This document shows positions 21,952 to 35,190 of a stretch of 64,000 nt of DNA, piece after piece. The notes beneath the pieces are model-generated. The model ran no database searches, was not told where the DNA came from, and worked only from the letters and a program-made list of their open reading frames with translations. A program made the position numbers and the translations under genes. The DNA is taken from positions 17,670,001 through 17,734,000 of the forward strand of contig OZ024741.1 in the NCBI GenBank assembly GCA_964016885.1, written 5' to 3'. Numbering within the stretch: position 1 is the stretch's first letter; each line of letters opens with the position of its first letter. Source of the DNA: Eledone cirrhosa. Lineage: Eukaryota.

Positions 21952-24160
21952 GGGAGAAGTGTGTACTAAACGACGATGGCACACTTGCCATCACCGACGC
22001 TGATAAGAAGGTAGCTTGGAAGTGTCACTATGAAAGGCTTCTAAATGAGGAGAATAATTGGGAGAAAGGCAGTCTCCCCCATATCGACCCAATAGAGGGA
22101 CCAGCAGTGTTAGTCGAGGGGAGTATAATAAGTAAGGCAATCAAGGATATGAAGACTGGTAAGGCGGCTGGGCCTTCGGAAATAGTTGCTGAGATGCTGA
22201 AGGCATCTGGCACGGTGGGACACACCATGGTCACCCGCATAGTTAACCAAGTCGTACAAAACGGGGTTGTTCCGAAGGACTGGCATAGCAGCATCATCGT
22301 TAACTGTTATAAGGGTAAAGGAGACGCCCTAGATAGGAGTAACTATAGAGGCATTAAATTAATCGACCAGGTCATGAAGGTCACGGAAAGAGTAATAGCG
22401 CAACTAATCAGAGAGAGAATTGACCTAGATGAAATGCAGTTCGGGTTTGTGTCAGGCAAAAGTACCACAGACGCTCTTTTCATAGTACGACAACTACAAG
22501 AGAAGTACCTAGCTAAAGGTAAACCCCTCTACTTAGCTTTTGTCGACTTGGAGAAAGCCTTCGACAGAGTCCCCCGCTCCATTATCTGGTGGGCTCTTAG
22601 AAAACTAGGCGTTGACGAATGGCTTGTGAGGGCTATACAAGCCATGTATAAAGAAACAGTCAGCAAGGTTAGAATTAACAACGAATATAGTGAAGAGTTT
22701 AGCGTAAAAGTCGGCGTCCATCAGGGCTCTGTTCTCAGTCCACTACTATTTATTATTGCCCTTCAGGCCATAACAGAGGAGTTCAAGACAGGCTGCCCAT
22801 GGGAACTCCTATACGCAGACGACCTGACACTCATAGCGGAATCAATGGCCGAGCTAGAGAAGAAATTCCAAACATGGAAGCACGGCCTAGAGTCAAAAGG
22901 ACTTAAAATTAACCTGGCTAAGACCAAAGTACTAGTTTGTAGGAAAGAAAACAAGGCGGCGGTCCCTTCTGGGAAATGGTCGTGCTCGGTGTGTAGGAAA
23001 GGCGTAGGTAGAAACTCCATTTTATGTCCTAAATGCAAAGTATGGGTGCATAAAAGATGTAGTGGGATCACAGGTAGGCTAACTAAGAACATAGATTTTA
23101 CATGTGGCCGGTGCTCTGGTGCAATAAGTAGCAGCAAGTGCCCAAAAACTACTAGCTCTTTCAATTGCGCAGAGGGTTCTATAGAAATAGTGGACAGCTT
23201 CCGTTACCTGGGCGATAAAATCAGCAGTGGGGGAGGGTGCTCTGAAAGTACTGTAGCTAGAGTCAGAACTGGTTGGAAAAAGTTCAGAGAGCTTATACCA
23301 CTATTAGCTGCTAAAGGGTTCTCACTAAAAATGAAAGGCAGGTTGTACGATGCCTGCATACGAACAGCAATGCTGCATGGCAGTGAGACCTGGGCATTGT
23401 GTGCAGAGGATATACGCAGACTAGAGAGGAACGAAGCTTGCATGCTCCGCTGGATGTGTAACAGTAATATACGTGAACGGCAAAGCATAAACGAACTAAG
23501 GAATAAATTAGAGATAAGAGGGATCAGATGTTGTTTACTCGAGAGAAGGCTACGTTGGTATGGACACGTGATGCGCATGAAAGTCGATAGCTGTATAACA
23601 AAGTGCAGGGCAATAAAGATAGACGGTAGTCACGGAATAGGCAGACCTAGAAAAACCTGGGACGAGCTGATAAACTCCGACATCACACACTTACACCTCT
23701 CCAAGACAATGTCACTGGACCGAGACCTTTGGCGGTACTCAGTAACAGAGAAGACCCGCCTTACCTAAATATATAGTAAAACCTACTCCAGCCAGTAGGC
23801 ATCTCTAACAAATACACCCCGTCCCACCACCCCCACCCGATCCACACCACCCCGTTCTATGTAAAGTTATGTTGGTGCCGCGCCATCGAGGCCGAAACAA
23901 ATGAGATCGTGTAGGTGTCACGACAAAAAAACACACAGTCCACGCTGTAATGTGGCCGTGTAGGCAACACGGTAAAAACCTCCCAGACCCACACTGTAAA
24001 TGTGGTTGGTGTTAGGAAGGGCATCCAACTGTAGAAAACCTGCCAGACAGTCCTATGCGAGCAAGACAATCACTCTTGCCTCAAGTGGGACTACCCCCGT
24101 CCAAACCCATGCAAGCGTGGAACACGGACGTTAAACGTTGATGATGATGATGATGATGAT
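21950..24160 (+). mobile_element. RTE-clade LINE, 5'-truncated, young
   Basis: Open RT frame, 3' UTR and a (GAT)n tail at 24139-24160. Confidence 0.92.
21951..23768 (+). CDS. RTE reverse transcriptase (5'-truncated) with inserted PHD-like zinc finger
   Basis: GKAAGPS, NYRGIKL, QFGF, FVDLEKAFD, GVHQGS.LSP, LYADD, FRYLG, RLRWYGHV.R, GRPRKTW. The frame is open from 21951, upstream of the listed GTG start. Confidence 0.9.
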
Positions 24161-24361
24161 ATATGTGTATATATATATATATGTGCATATATATATATTC
24201 TATAGACATGTTTTATGATATAATGCTCTGATTTTTTTATTTTAACTTATTAATTCTTCATTGATTTAATATCATAAATATACTCCAAATACTTGTTGAG
24301 TGCTTTTATATCAGTTATAAATATTTACTCATTGTTAACCCAACAATTTAAATATAACTTT

Positions 24362-24399
<38 letters not shown>

Positions 24400-24401
<2 letters not shown>

Positions 24402-24432
24402 TAGCCGAATTATCCGCGCCTCGCTGCGTTTC
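24400..24432 (-). mobile_element. Helitron-like 3' terminus
   Basis: Minus strand: acgcagcgaggcgcgg hairpin, ~9 nt, then CTAG|T abutting a TA run. Confidence 0.5.
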
Positions 24433-24775
24433 ACACATTTTTTTTGTAAGAAATGATGATTGATTTTAAATCAGTGATATGATTTTTGGAGAAAAACTCT
24501 GCATTTCAATATTACTCAATGTAAAATGTAATGCATGGAAAATTGGAAAACATTATTTTTTGTAATATATTAAATCAAAATTACATTATTAAATCTTATT
24601 CTTATTTTGTTTCTTGTAAATAATTCTTTTCAAAATATCAATTCAAAACTTTTGTGAATAGGCATCATATCTTGTCATTTAGCTATGGTTTACATTTCAT
24701 ATAAAGCGAAGATTAAAGATGTTTATCATCTTTTCACTTTACAGGGAAATTCTTATCTTCTGGCATGTTTACAAC

Positions 24776-24887
<112 letters not shown>

Positions 24888-24924
24888 ATGTGTGTGTCTT
24901 TGTGTGTGTGAGTGAGTGTGCGTG

Positions 24925-26480
24925 TGTTAAATTGCTTTTAAATTCTCCATAGAGGAGGTTGACAATGCACTAAAGGCAATGAAACCAGGCGAAACCCCTG
25001 GGATTGATGGCCTAACTGTGGACCTCTGGAAACTAACCAAAGCTCACAAGTCACTAAGACTTCTGCATTGGAATATTTGAAAGACCTGGAGAATGGCGAA
25101 TATAAGGAATAGTACCCAGGAGAAGTGAACTTACCATCTTCAGTAACTATAGAAGGTTTAGTCTTATACAAATTGTAGCAAAGACTTACAACAGGATGAT
25201 CCTGACTAAGATCAGACAAAGTATCGACAACACTCTACGTTCCAGCCACAATAGATTTCAGTCATTTTGCTCTACTGTCAACACATCTTGGCTTTAAGAA
25301 GGATTGTTGAGGAGGTATGGCAACTAGGAGGCAGAAATTATGCTCATAGATTACAAGAATGCTTTTGATTCGATCGACCGAAAGAAGATGCTCAAACTTC
25401 TGGCTATGGGATACCCCCATCACAACGTGAATGTGGGATACCCCCATCACATTGTGAATGTGGGATACTCCCATCACAATGTGAATGTGGGATACCCCAT
25501 CAGAACGTGAATGCAATTAAAGTCCTGTATGAGAATACTTCAGCATTTGTTTCACATCCAAGAGAAACTCAGACTTTTTCTCCATTGATACTGGAGTCCC
25601 CCAAAGAGATCCCCATGTCCCTTTCTTTTCTGTGATAGGTCTTGATTATGCACTGTGTAATGCGCACCATCAAATGGGATAAAACTGAAAAGTCCACAAA
25701 GCACCTGACATACGGAAGAAGTACTACCTGAAATGGTTTACACAGATGACATATTTCTCCTGGTAAACACCCGCAAAGAAGCTGAGAAATTGTCACACAG
25801 AGTGGAGACTGCAGTGGAGTCCATTGGACTCTTCTTGAATGTTGGCAAAACAAAATTCATGCACCTCAATGCAAAGTCAAATAAACAAATGCATGTGTTG
25901 GACGGTTCACAGATTTAGGACCTCGATGACTTCTTGTAGCTGGGCTGTTTTTCCTGAACACTGAGGACAATGTGGACACCAGGATAAGCAAGGAATGGAG
26001 GGGCTCTCAACTCCCTATCAAAGGTGTGGGTGTCACTGATAAAAAAAACCCTACAAAAATGAAGCTATTCTAAGCAACGGTTGAGTCTATTCTGTTCTAC
26101 GGATGGGAGCCATGTACACTGACAAACATACTTAAATAGAGGATTAATGGCACATCCACCTGAAGGCTAAGAAAAGGTCCAGAACATATCCTGGAGAACA
26201 CATAACAAAGAAATCGCTCTATGGCTCACATCTTCACCTTTCTGACATCTTAAGGCGTAAGAGGCTCGCATTAACCGGACATATGATAAGTCACAATGAA
26301 CTTGCTGGCAGAGAACTTTTTCTGGTGGGTACAGACGAGTCGGGAGACCAACCACAATACTGAAGAATGGTGTTGAAGATGAGACCAGGTTGGAGGCTGG
26401 GAAATTCAGGCGGAAATGGTAGACAGGGTAAAGAGGAGGAGGAACTTAATAAAGGCACCTGTAACGGATATATAGAAGAA
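24925..26480 (+). pseudogene. Degraded RTE-like LINE RT
   Basis: Fragments EVDNALKAMKPGETPGIDGL, DYKNAFDSIDR, TGVPQRD, YTDD..L, GLFLNVGKTKFM, with many stops and frameshifts. Internal 30-bp tandem repeat at 25405-25515. Confidence 0.8.
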
Positions 26481-26666
26481 GATATATTTATAAACGTTGG
26501 TGCAGTCAAGGTTACACATTCTGTATTTATTCAGATATAAATTTATCATACACTTCGGGTGCTAGCGCACTTATTATACCCCCCCCCCCCCCCACACACA
26601 CACAACCACACACAACCACACACAACCACACACACACACACAACCACACACACAACCACACACAAC

Positions 26667-26697
<31 letters not shown>

Positions 26698-26909
26698 GAA
26701 GAGAAGGATGGAGAGAAGGAGATATATATTGACACATTACTGTTTGTAAACGAATTAAGAAGAGAATACTCAATGGCTGGTGAGAGGAGAGTGTTTATTT
26801 AATCTAAATTCTCTTCATACCACACACACACACACAGATATATATATATATATATATAAAATAAACTAAAATAAATAAGTCAAATATTTAAAATTTGGCT
26901 TCGTTTATC

Positions 26910-26964
26910 ACTGCTATATATATTTCGGTGACAGCCATCTTTGGCTGTGACCTCTTCAGGCAGT
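26910..26964 (-). ncRNA. Minimal type I hammerhead family H
   Basis: Minus strand: actgc-CTGAAGA-ggtc acagcca aaga tggctgt cacc-GAAA-tatata-TA-gcagt. Stem II covaries with the 5489 copy. Confidence 0.88.
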
Positions 26965-27105
26965 CCGAATTAGTGTGGTAGAGACGAGTACACATGTTGT
27001 TGAGGTGTATAACTTTGTCAATACTCTGATATGCCCAGTTCCTGATTGGGTTGTTATTTCACTGAGGAACTGGAATCATATATGTATATATATATATATA
27101 TATGA

Positions 27106-27192
<87 letters not shown>

Positions 27193-27210
27193 ATATATAT
27201 ATATATATGA

Positions 27211-27289
<79 letters not shown>

Positions 27290-27332
27290 ATATATATATA
27301 TATATGATTCATATATATATATATATATATAG

Positions 27333-27388
<56 letters not shown>

Positions 27389-27551
27389 ATATATATGTAT
27401 ATATATATGTATATATATATATGTATATATATATACATATATATATATATATAAATTTTCATTTTCTGTCTGAGAGCGTTGTTTAGTTTTCATTTTAATT
27501 ATCTGTCTGTCTGTCTATATTTCTACCACACAACCACACACACGCACACAT

Positions 27552-27621
<70 letters not shown>

Positions 27622-27840
27622 CACTCTCTCTCACTCTCTCTCTCTCTGTTTATAAATATATATGTAAAAATATAAGCTTCAATGTATATATATGTACACA
27701 CACACATAAAAAACATACGCACATACACATACACACACATAAACACACAAATACACACACACGCACATACACACGTATGAACACACAAACACATACACAC
27801 ATACACAAACATATATATGTACACATTATTTAATTATATA

Positions 27841-28030
27841 AGGCGGTGGATTGGCAGTATCGGTAGAGGGTCGCACGGCATGCTTTGCAGCAAAGAGTTA
27901 CGGCCCTTTATGGTCTGAGTTCAAATCCCGCCGAGGTTAACTTTGCCTTTCATCCTTCCGGGGTCGATAAAATAAAGTACCAGTAATGCACTGGGATAAT
28001 TGCTGGCCTTGTGCCAAAAGTAGAAACAAT
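27841..28030 (+). mobile_element. tRNA-derived SINE (family S2)
   Basis: A-box-like tggcagtatcgg, B box gagttcaaatccc, central gcctttcatccttccggggtcgataaaataaagtaccag (Meta-domain-like, from recall). Confidence 0.85.
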
Positions 28031-28087
28031 TATTTAATTATATACTGCAGCAATTACCGATACATACGCACTACATTGTGTAACAGA

Positions 28088-28282
28088 AAATAATTGTTTC
28101 TACTTTTGGCACAAGGCCAGCAATTTGCCCAATGCATTACTGGTACTTTATTTGATCGACCCAGGAAGGATGAAAGGCAAAGTTAACCTCGGCGGGATTT
28201 CAACTCAGTCCGTAAAGGGACGTAACTATGCTGGAAAGCATGGCGTCCGACCCTCTACCGATACTGCCAATCCACCACCCTA
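28088..28282 (-). mobile_element. SINE S2, tail-to-tail with the previous copy
   Basis: Reverse complement of the S2 sequence. Confidence 0.85.
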
Positions 28283-28902
28283 GCATGGCGTCCGACCCTC
28301 TACCGATACTGCCAATCCACCACCCTAACATGGCGTCCGACCCTCTACCGATACTGCCAATCCACCACCCTAGCATGGCGTCCGACCCTCTACCGATACT
28401 GCCAATCCACCGCCCTAACATGGCGTCTGACTCTCTACCGATACTGCCAATCCACCACCCTAACATGGCGTCCGACCCTCTACCGATACTGCCAATCCAC
28501 CACCCTAACATGGCGTCCGACCCTCTACCGATACTGCCAATCCACCACCCTAGCATGGCGTCCGACCCTCTACCGATACTGCCAATCCACCACCCTAGCA
28601 TGGCGTCCGACCCTTTACCGATACTGCCAATCCACCGCCCTAGCATGGCGTCAGACCCTCTACCGATACTGCCAATCCACCGCCCTAACATGGCGTCCGA
28701 CCCTCTACCGATACTGCCAGTCCACCACCCCAGCATGGCGTCCACCCTCTACCAATACTGCTAATCCACCACCCTAGCATGGCGTCCGACCCTCTACCAA
28801 TACTGCTAATCCCCCACCCTAGCATGGCGTCCGACCCTCTACCGATACTGCCAATCCACCGCCCTAGCATGGCGTCCGACCCTCTACCGATACTGCCAAT
28901 CC
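28238..28902 (-). repeat. 45-bp tandem array (~15 copies) of the SINE S2 5' end
   Basis: Unit (minus) agggtggtggattggcagtatcggtagagggtcggacgccatgct equals the first 45 nt of S2. Confidence 0.92.
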
Positions 28903-29230
28903 AAATGCAGACGCGACAGCAGTTGTAGTCAGGAAGGCATTTTACTCTATTAAACTCCATACATATTTTGACAGCGAGAAAATATTGAATTTATTCTTGC
29001 GTCTAAAGAAACGGGTGTGTTGGGTGTATCTCGTTTAATGATCATTTCGGTTAACCCGATATAGATCTCTATCGAGTTTCACTGATAGAAGTTTATAGTT
29101 AATGGTCCCGTGTCTTTTATCTATGTTATTTATTTCGACAACTTTCTTATTTCTATATTTACATTTAGTTTGCGGCTACAAACACACCCAAACACCCAAA
29201 CACATGCACGGGACACCCCCTCACACACAC

Positions 29231-29260
<30 letters not shown>

Positions 29261-29261
<1 letters not shown>

Positions 29262-29585
29262 ACGAAGGAAATGTGGTAAGGAACCAAGTGGACCATAACG
29301 CACCAAAGTACTCAATACTTAGGGTAGTAGAGTGGGTAATAGGAACGAGTAAGACCCCGACGACTGCGCTCAAGCCGTTTCGACGGCTAATAAATAACAG
29401 GTTAAAGTTTAAGCAAATAATCGCTGCTTTCACCTTAACGGGATCTTAAGGGTGAAAGCAGCGATTCTTTGCTTAAACTTTAATCTGTTATTTAATAAAT
29501 ATTAGCTCTACGGTTCTTATATATCTCATGTATATTTATCCTTATCGAGCCCTCTTTGGATTTTAGTCTTCAAATTTATTATTAT

Positions 29586-29590
<5 letters not shown>
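29261..29590. mobile_element. Composite: family B 3' end fused to a family A palindromic mini-element
   Basis: 29261-29390 matches 17782-17911. 29391-29590 matches 21424-21632. Confidence 0.8.
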
Positions 29591-29645
<55 letters not shown>

Positions 29646-29947
29646 TATTGAAAGAGTGGTCGGGTGTACAAAACGGGTTTTATTTACAGTATTAACAATT
29701 GTTTCATTGATCAAGTGAGTCTAAAGGCCGCTAATCACTCGAAGTTGCGTCACTCGACCTTAAATACAGTGTGTGTCTCTGATAAAATGATCGAAATACT
29801 CCATGGGACCTCTATGGGAACTCTCCAAGAATGACATCTATGAGAATTCTCGCAAACTCGCCACCTAACTAAGGAAACCTCTTGTTGAGTCAACAACGCC
29901 GAACGTTAAAACTATCCATACAGAGTACTCACGACCTCTAACTGGAT

Positions 29948-29971
<24 letters not shown>

Positions 29972-29979
<8 letters not shown>

Positions 29980-30198
29980 GTAGAAAACATAACACACGAG
30001 AGAGAGTGTGCGTTTATCAATATACAGGGAAAACCACCAGTGTATGGAATCTAATCTATAAATTAAGAAAGGTGAGGTAGACGCATAATAATTAAAAATA
30101 TAAATTTCTTAGTTTATAGATTCCATACACTGGTGGTTTTCCCTGTACATTGATAAACGCACACTCTCTCTCGTGTGTTATCTTTTCTACATATTATA
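29972..30198. mobile_element. Fold-back mini-element
   Basis: ~95-bp inverted arms around a ~35-bp spacer, next to a TA run. Confidence 0.65.
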
Positions 30199-30378
30199 TT
30201 TGAAGATCCCAGGATTCTTTTTCCTTTGAGCTCATAAATTACAGGGACTAATGCGAGTTTATGATTCCGTTAATTTTATTTTGATATATATATATATATA
30301 TAATGAAGGACTAATTTTATTCATATGTAACCCATGTGCAACCACGCAGCTCTCCATTTTTCTCATATATATATATAT

Positions 30379-30472
<94 letters not shown>

Positions 30473-30830
30473 TAATTGAATATAAAAGACAGATAAACAC
30501 ATATATACCTTTGATATATCTATACTATAAAGCTGACGGCCATATGTAAGTAACAAACTTTCCGCCAAGCAGCTGGAACAAACGGCACAAAATTTGCACC
30601 GTAGATGTAACTTTTTCCAACTAAGAAAGGGAGGGTATTTTTGTCTACTGAATTTTGTTAAAAGATTAAAGACATTATTTAAATATTCACTTCTTTAAAA
30701 TTTTCAAATGTCAACACTTCCGGTTATACGACATTCCTAACGTCTTCACGAACCAAAGTATCATCTTGTTTTCTTTCGGTTGCAACGTTTTTCGAAATAT
30801 TTACTTCTGCGTTCACAGATTGATTTTTTT

Positions 30831-30881
30831 AGTTTCAGAAGATCCGGTTAAGGCTGAAAGCAGCGATTCTTTGCTTAAACT
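30831..30881 (+). ncRNA. Hammerhead-like motif family A (damaged stem II) in a PLE-A end fragment at 30745-30900
   Basis: Same sequence as 2566-2616 with substitutions in stem II. Confidence 0.45.
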
Positions 30882-30956
30882 TTAATCTGTTATTTTAATA
30901 GATATATAATTATATATTCGTGTACAGATATTTTTGCATACACAAAAACAAAATAT

Positions 30957-31196
30957 AAACAAACGTATTTATTTCACGAAAGCACAGACGACTTATCGTC
31001 ATTGTTACTGCCGATATGCCACCCAAAAAGTCCTAGCCTGGCCGCAAGATCAAATTTTCCAGAAGAAAAAATGTTATAACAAACGTATTTATTTCACGAA
31101 AGCACAAACGGCTTATCCTCATTGTTACTGCCAATATGCCACCCAAAAAGTCCTAGCCTGGCCGCAAGATCAAATTTTCCAGAAGAAAAAATGTTA
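30957..31196. repeat. 120-bp tandem duplication
   Basis: Two near-identical units, aacaaacgtatttatttcacg...aaaatgtta. Confidence 0.9.
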
Positions 31197-31210
31197 CTAG
31201 AGCAACAGAG

Positions 31211-31375
31211 AGACTAAGCTTCGCGATTACCATCAACAAAGCTCAGGGTCAAACCCTAAATGTGGCTGGCCTTCATCTGGGAAAACCATGGTCAATTGTA
31301 TGTAGGATATTCTAGGGTGAGCTCTCCAAAAAATCTCTTCATCTTTGCTCCCGAGGGCCGAACAAAAAATATAAT
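31211..31375 (+). pseudogene. Helitron PIF1-family helicase C-terminal remnant
   Basis: RLSFAITINKAQGQTLNVAGLHLGKP / HGQLYVGYSRVSSPKNL (helicase motifs V-VI, frameshifted). Not in the ORF track. Confidence 0.85.
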
Positions 31376-32102
31376 GTAATTTATGTATTTTCTGTTACTT
31401 TGAATTTCCATTATGGTTGTCCAAATTATTGTAAAGTTTGTTAAAAAATTTTTTCAACCTTTATTGTCGTAACTATCAATTTTCTTTAACGTACTGACTG
31501 AGAAAAGAAACCTACAATGAAAGAACATCTTAAAGTTTACCAAATGTTGTATTTATTAACATTTCTATCTGCAGGTTCTTAGCAAGCTTACTGGTGCTTC
31601 AGTATGCTATTCAAGTCTCATATCGTTTTTGAATGATATGGTGCATATATCGCAGCTATTCATGTTTTAAACATTAGATAACTCTTGCTGATGTATATTG
31701 TACGACAGAATTAGCTGAAAAATATTTTGAATGAACAAATAAAAAAAGATATAAAAGAGAGATGTTTGTTGGTTGGTTCCTTCGCGTATCACACGAAAAA
31801 AACGAAAAGTGACAATCGGAAAGTATGTACAGGATTGGGATAAGAGTATATCCAGGAAAGTTTATTGATACTAATTTTATAACACCAAAGAAGAAGAAAG
31901 ACATTCCACGTATGCTAACCAACCTGACTGCTATTTCTAGCAGGCTGGGAATCAACCATAAGGGATTCTCTCTCGAGTTCGTTGTCAGTGATGATCGTGT
32001 TTCGCGGCCTATGTCTCCGATTCCAACCGTGGTTTACACACACACACACACACACAAGTACACACACAATCACTCACACAGACACACACAATCACTCACA
32101 CA

Positions 32103-32149
<47 letters not shown>

Positions 32150-32179
32150 GTACACACACACACACACATATATATATAT

Positions 32180-32212
<33 letters not shown>

Positions 32213-32467
32213 CACAAACACACAAACATACACACACACAATACACATACACTGTAAACAAGACAATGCATTCAATACAGACGTTTTCTATTCTGCCGGT
32301 CTTCTCTTATCCTTTGTTAACCCTGGCGAAGCTGGGTACCTCAGCTAGTATATATATATGTAAATATATATATATATATATATAAAGTTAAATGAAAAAA
32401 ATAAAACACTGTTGTCTCATGCCATCGTTGTCTTTGACAGCATTTGGGTGTTTTAACGCCTATTATA

Positions 32468-32553
<86 letters not shown>

Positions 32554-33349
32554 AAGATGAGAGGTGAGGGAGGCTAACGTTGAGTTTATGTAAAGATATG
32601 TGAGACCATGTAAGTTGATGACAGTTTGGTGTCGGATGTGACTTTAGAAAGGATGGTTCTCTACGTTTGTCGTTGTATCTGTCTCTCTCTGTATGTGTGT
32701 GTGTGTGTGTGTTTAGTTGTTTGTCCTTAATTACATAACGTGATAATATAGCTTAATTTGGTCGTAATTATAACATATATATAGTGAAGGGAAATGATTA
32801 CGAGACAGACAGACAGACACACACACACACACACACACTTACATACACACACACATACACACACAGACACACACACAGACACACACATACACACACACAT
32901 ACACACACAGAGACACACACAGACACACACACATACACACACAGAGACACACACATACACACACTTATATACAGATATATATATATATGGATAAATAGAG
33001 AGATAGATAGATAAATCAATAGATAGATTGATAGATATATTTCTTTGCCACAAGAGCGCACAAGAAAAGGGGACCATACAAGGACATATGCCGGGGATTT
33101 TATATAAAATCGTGTAAAAAAAAATGTTAAACAAACAAATTTAACAATCGAAATCCCCAATAGGGGGAGGCGTTACAAATGGGTTGTTTAATACCCCGTA
33201 GTTAGAACAACCCTCAACTCCAGGAGCGTGTTATGCAAGTGATCCTTTCCTCCTTTTGCTCTCAACTTCAACCTACAGGTTTATATACAGAGAAGGCCCA
33301 ATTACTCGGGCCATTCTCCTTCTAATTCTGATTCTCCTTCTAAAGTGGT

Positions 33350-35190
33350 ACCTAAAGAAGTTGGCGGTTTGATCCTTACTATGGACTCGGCAGTCAACTG
33401 GATTTGTCCCATACGTAACAGCAGTTGTTCTGCGTAGCTCCACAGGTCGCTTACGCCCAGGCAGTGTACAATTACGTGCAAGACGGTTTCAATGTCCTGC
33501 TCGCATCTTGGAGACGTCCGGGGCGTCCGTGCCTGTAGATCTTGTCTCGAACTGGTAGAGCTCCTCGGTAGCACTGACAGGCCAGGGACCTCTGGAAGTT
33601 GTCCATGGGTCCCGGGCGGAAAGTCCTACCGAACAGACTGGTGAGCTCGTCGTCTTCGACGCCCAGAGACTCTCCGAGCACGTCATCGAACTTGTAACGT
33701 ACTAACCCTCTATAGAATATCGAAGTGGCGTCTCCACTGGTTGCTGTGTCCGCTTGAAAGAGGACTGTGAACGCCTGAGCGCATTCAATGTGCCAGGCGC
33801 CAATTTTCTTCGGTCTCCGCTTGACCCAGGACTGCAGCTCCATCAGCGAGATAAGTTGCGGGAAGGCCTGTCTCACAAACGGGGTCCAGACCGGTTGTTC
33901 GGTGAGGAATACCTGGAGATGCCGTAGCCTCAGCGCGTGTTTCCGCATCATCAGCCACGGCATTCCCAGCCCTCCATTGGAAGGGTGCTGACAGCAGACG
34001 GATCTCCTCACCAGTAGAGCCTGCTTCTTCCAAAGGAACTGGAAGAGCATGCTTTCCATCTTGGTGAGGTATTCACGGGGACAAGGCACAACGGTCAAGC
34101 GGTAGTAGATGACGGACGCTTTGAAAGTGTTCGCCACCTCCGCTCGACCTTTCAAGGATAGTTTGCACTCTGCCCACTTCTGGGTGAGCGCAAATACCTT
34201 GGCCGTGACCTCGTTCCAGTTTTTCTCCACCTGGAGGTCCGGACCGAACCAGACCTCGAGCAATTTCACTGGTCCTTCCGTCCAGCGTCCGACGATGCTG
34301 TTGGACGGCATCGGTTTGCCTCTCCACGTTCCCAGTTGCAAACCGACAGACTTGTCCTTGTTCAGTTTTGCTCCTGTGAGCGTTTCGTATTTTTTCAGTA
34401 AGTTGCCCATTGCCCTGATTTCCGACGTTTCCGCCACCATTACTGTCACGTCGTCGGCATAAGCCGATGCCGCTTTCCGCAGTCCCGGTTCCAACGGGAT
34501 GCCCTGCAGAAGCTCCAACTTCCGCAGTGGTAGCTCTAGAATCAGTACGTACATAATGGAGCAGAGAGGGAATCCCTGTCGGATGGAACGCGTGATTGCG
34601 AACGGCTCCTTGACTGTCGAGCAGATGTTGGTGTGCATTGCTTTGATCCAGCCTCTGAAGACGGGTCCGAAATCGGCCGCCTTGAGAACCACTTCCAAGT
34701 ATCGATGGTCGACCCTATCGAACGCCTTAGACTGATCTAAATTGATCAGAGCCCCACCGAAGCCGGGTTTACACCCGACCCTCTCTATGATGTATCGCAT
34801 GAGGTGGAGGTTGTCGTGTATGGACCTGGTCTGGATTGTACACGTTTGAGCTTTCCCTACCAGGTTCTCGACGACAAGCGCCAGCCTCGTAGCTAACACC
34901 TTGGCCAAAATCTTTAACTCTGTGTTGAGCAGAGTTATGGGCCTAAAGTTGCTTAGTTCGCCCCCCCTTGTTCTCGTCTTTCCTGATCAGCGTTACTACG
35001 CCCCTGTCTGCAGAACTGGGAATGCTCCCGTTCTGCTGCCAGTTGCAGTAGACGGCTTCGAGGACGCCAGAGAACAAGTCCGGCATGCCTATGTAAAACT
35101 CATAGGGTAGACCATCTAGACCGGGTGATTTGCGTTTCCCGCAGCGCCCCAGAGCGTCCCGTATCTCAGTGGCTGTGATCAGTCTTTCAT
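33350..35190 (-). pseudogene. Tx1/L1-group LINE RT fragment
   Basis: KSPGLDGLPYEFY, NFRPITLLN.ELKILAK, LDQSKAFDRVDH, IRQG.PL, AYADDVT, LSLKGR, GGLG. The frame extends upstream of the listed 34908 start. Confidence 0.88.

Larger units (their letters stand above)
30519..32348 (+). mobile_element. Non-autonomous Helitron (composite)
   Basis: A|TCTATACTATAAAG 5' end, PIF1 helicase remnant, 3' hairpin ccctggcgaagctggg and CTAG|T end. Whether both ends belong to one element is inferred. Confidence 0.6.

Noticed and set aside
28238-28902. CRISPR-like appearance of this and the 36-bp array
   Set aside because: No unique spacers, no cas genes, eukaryotic context.
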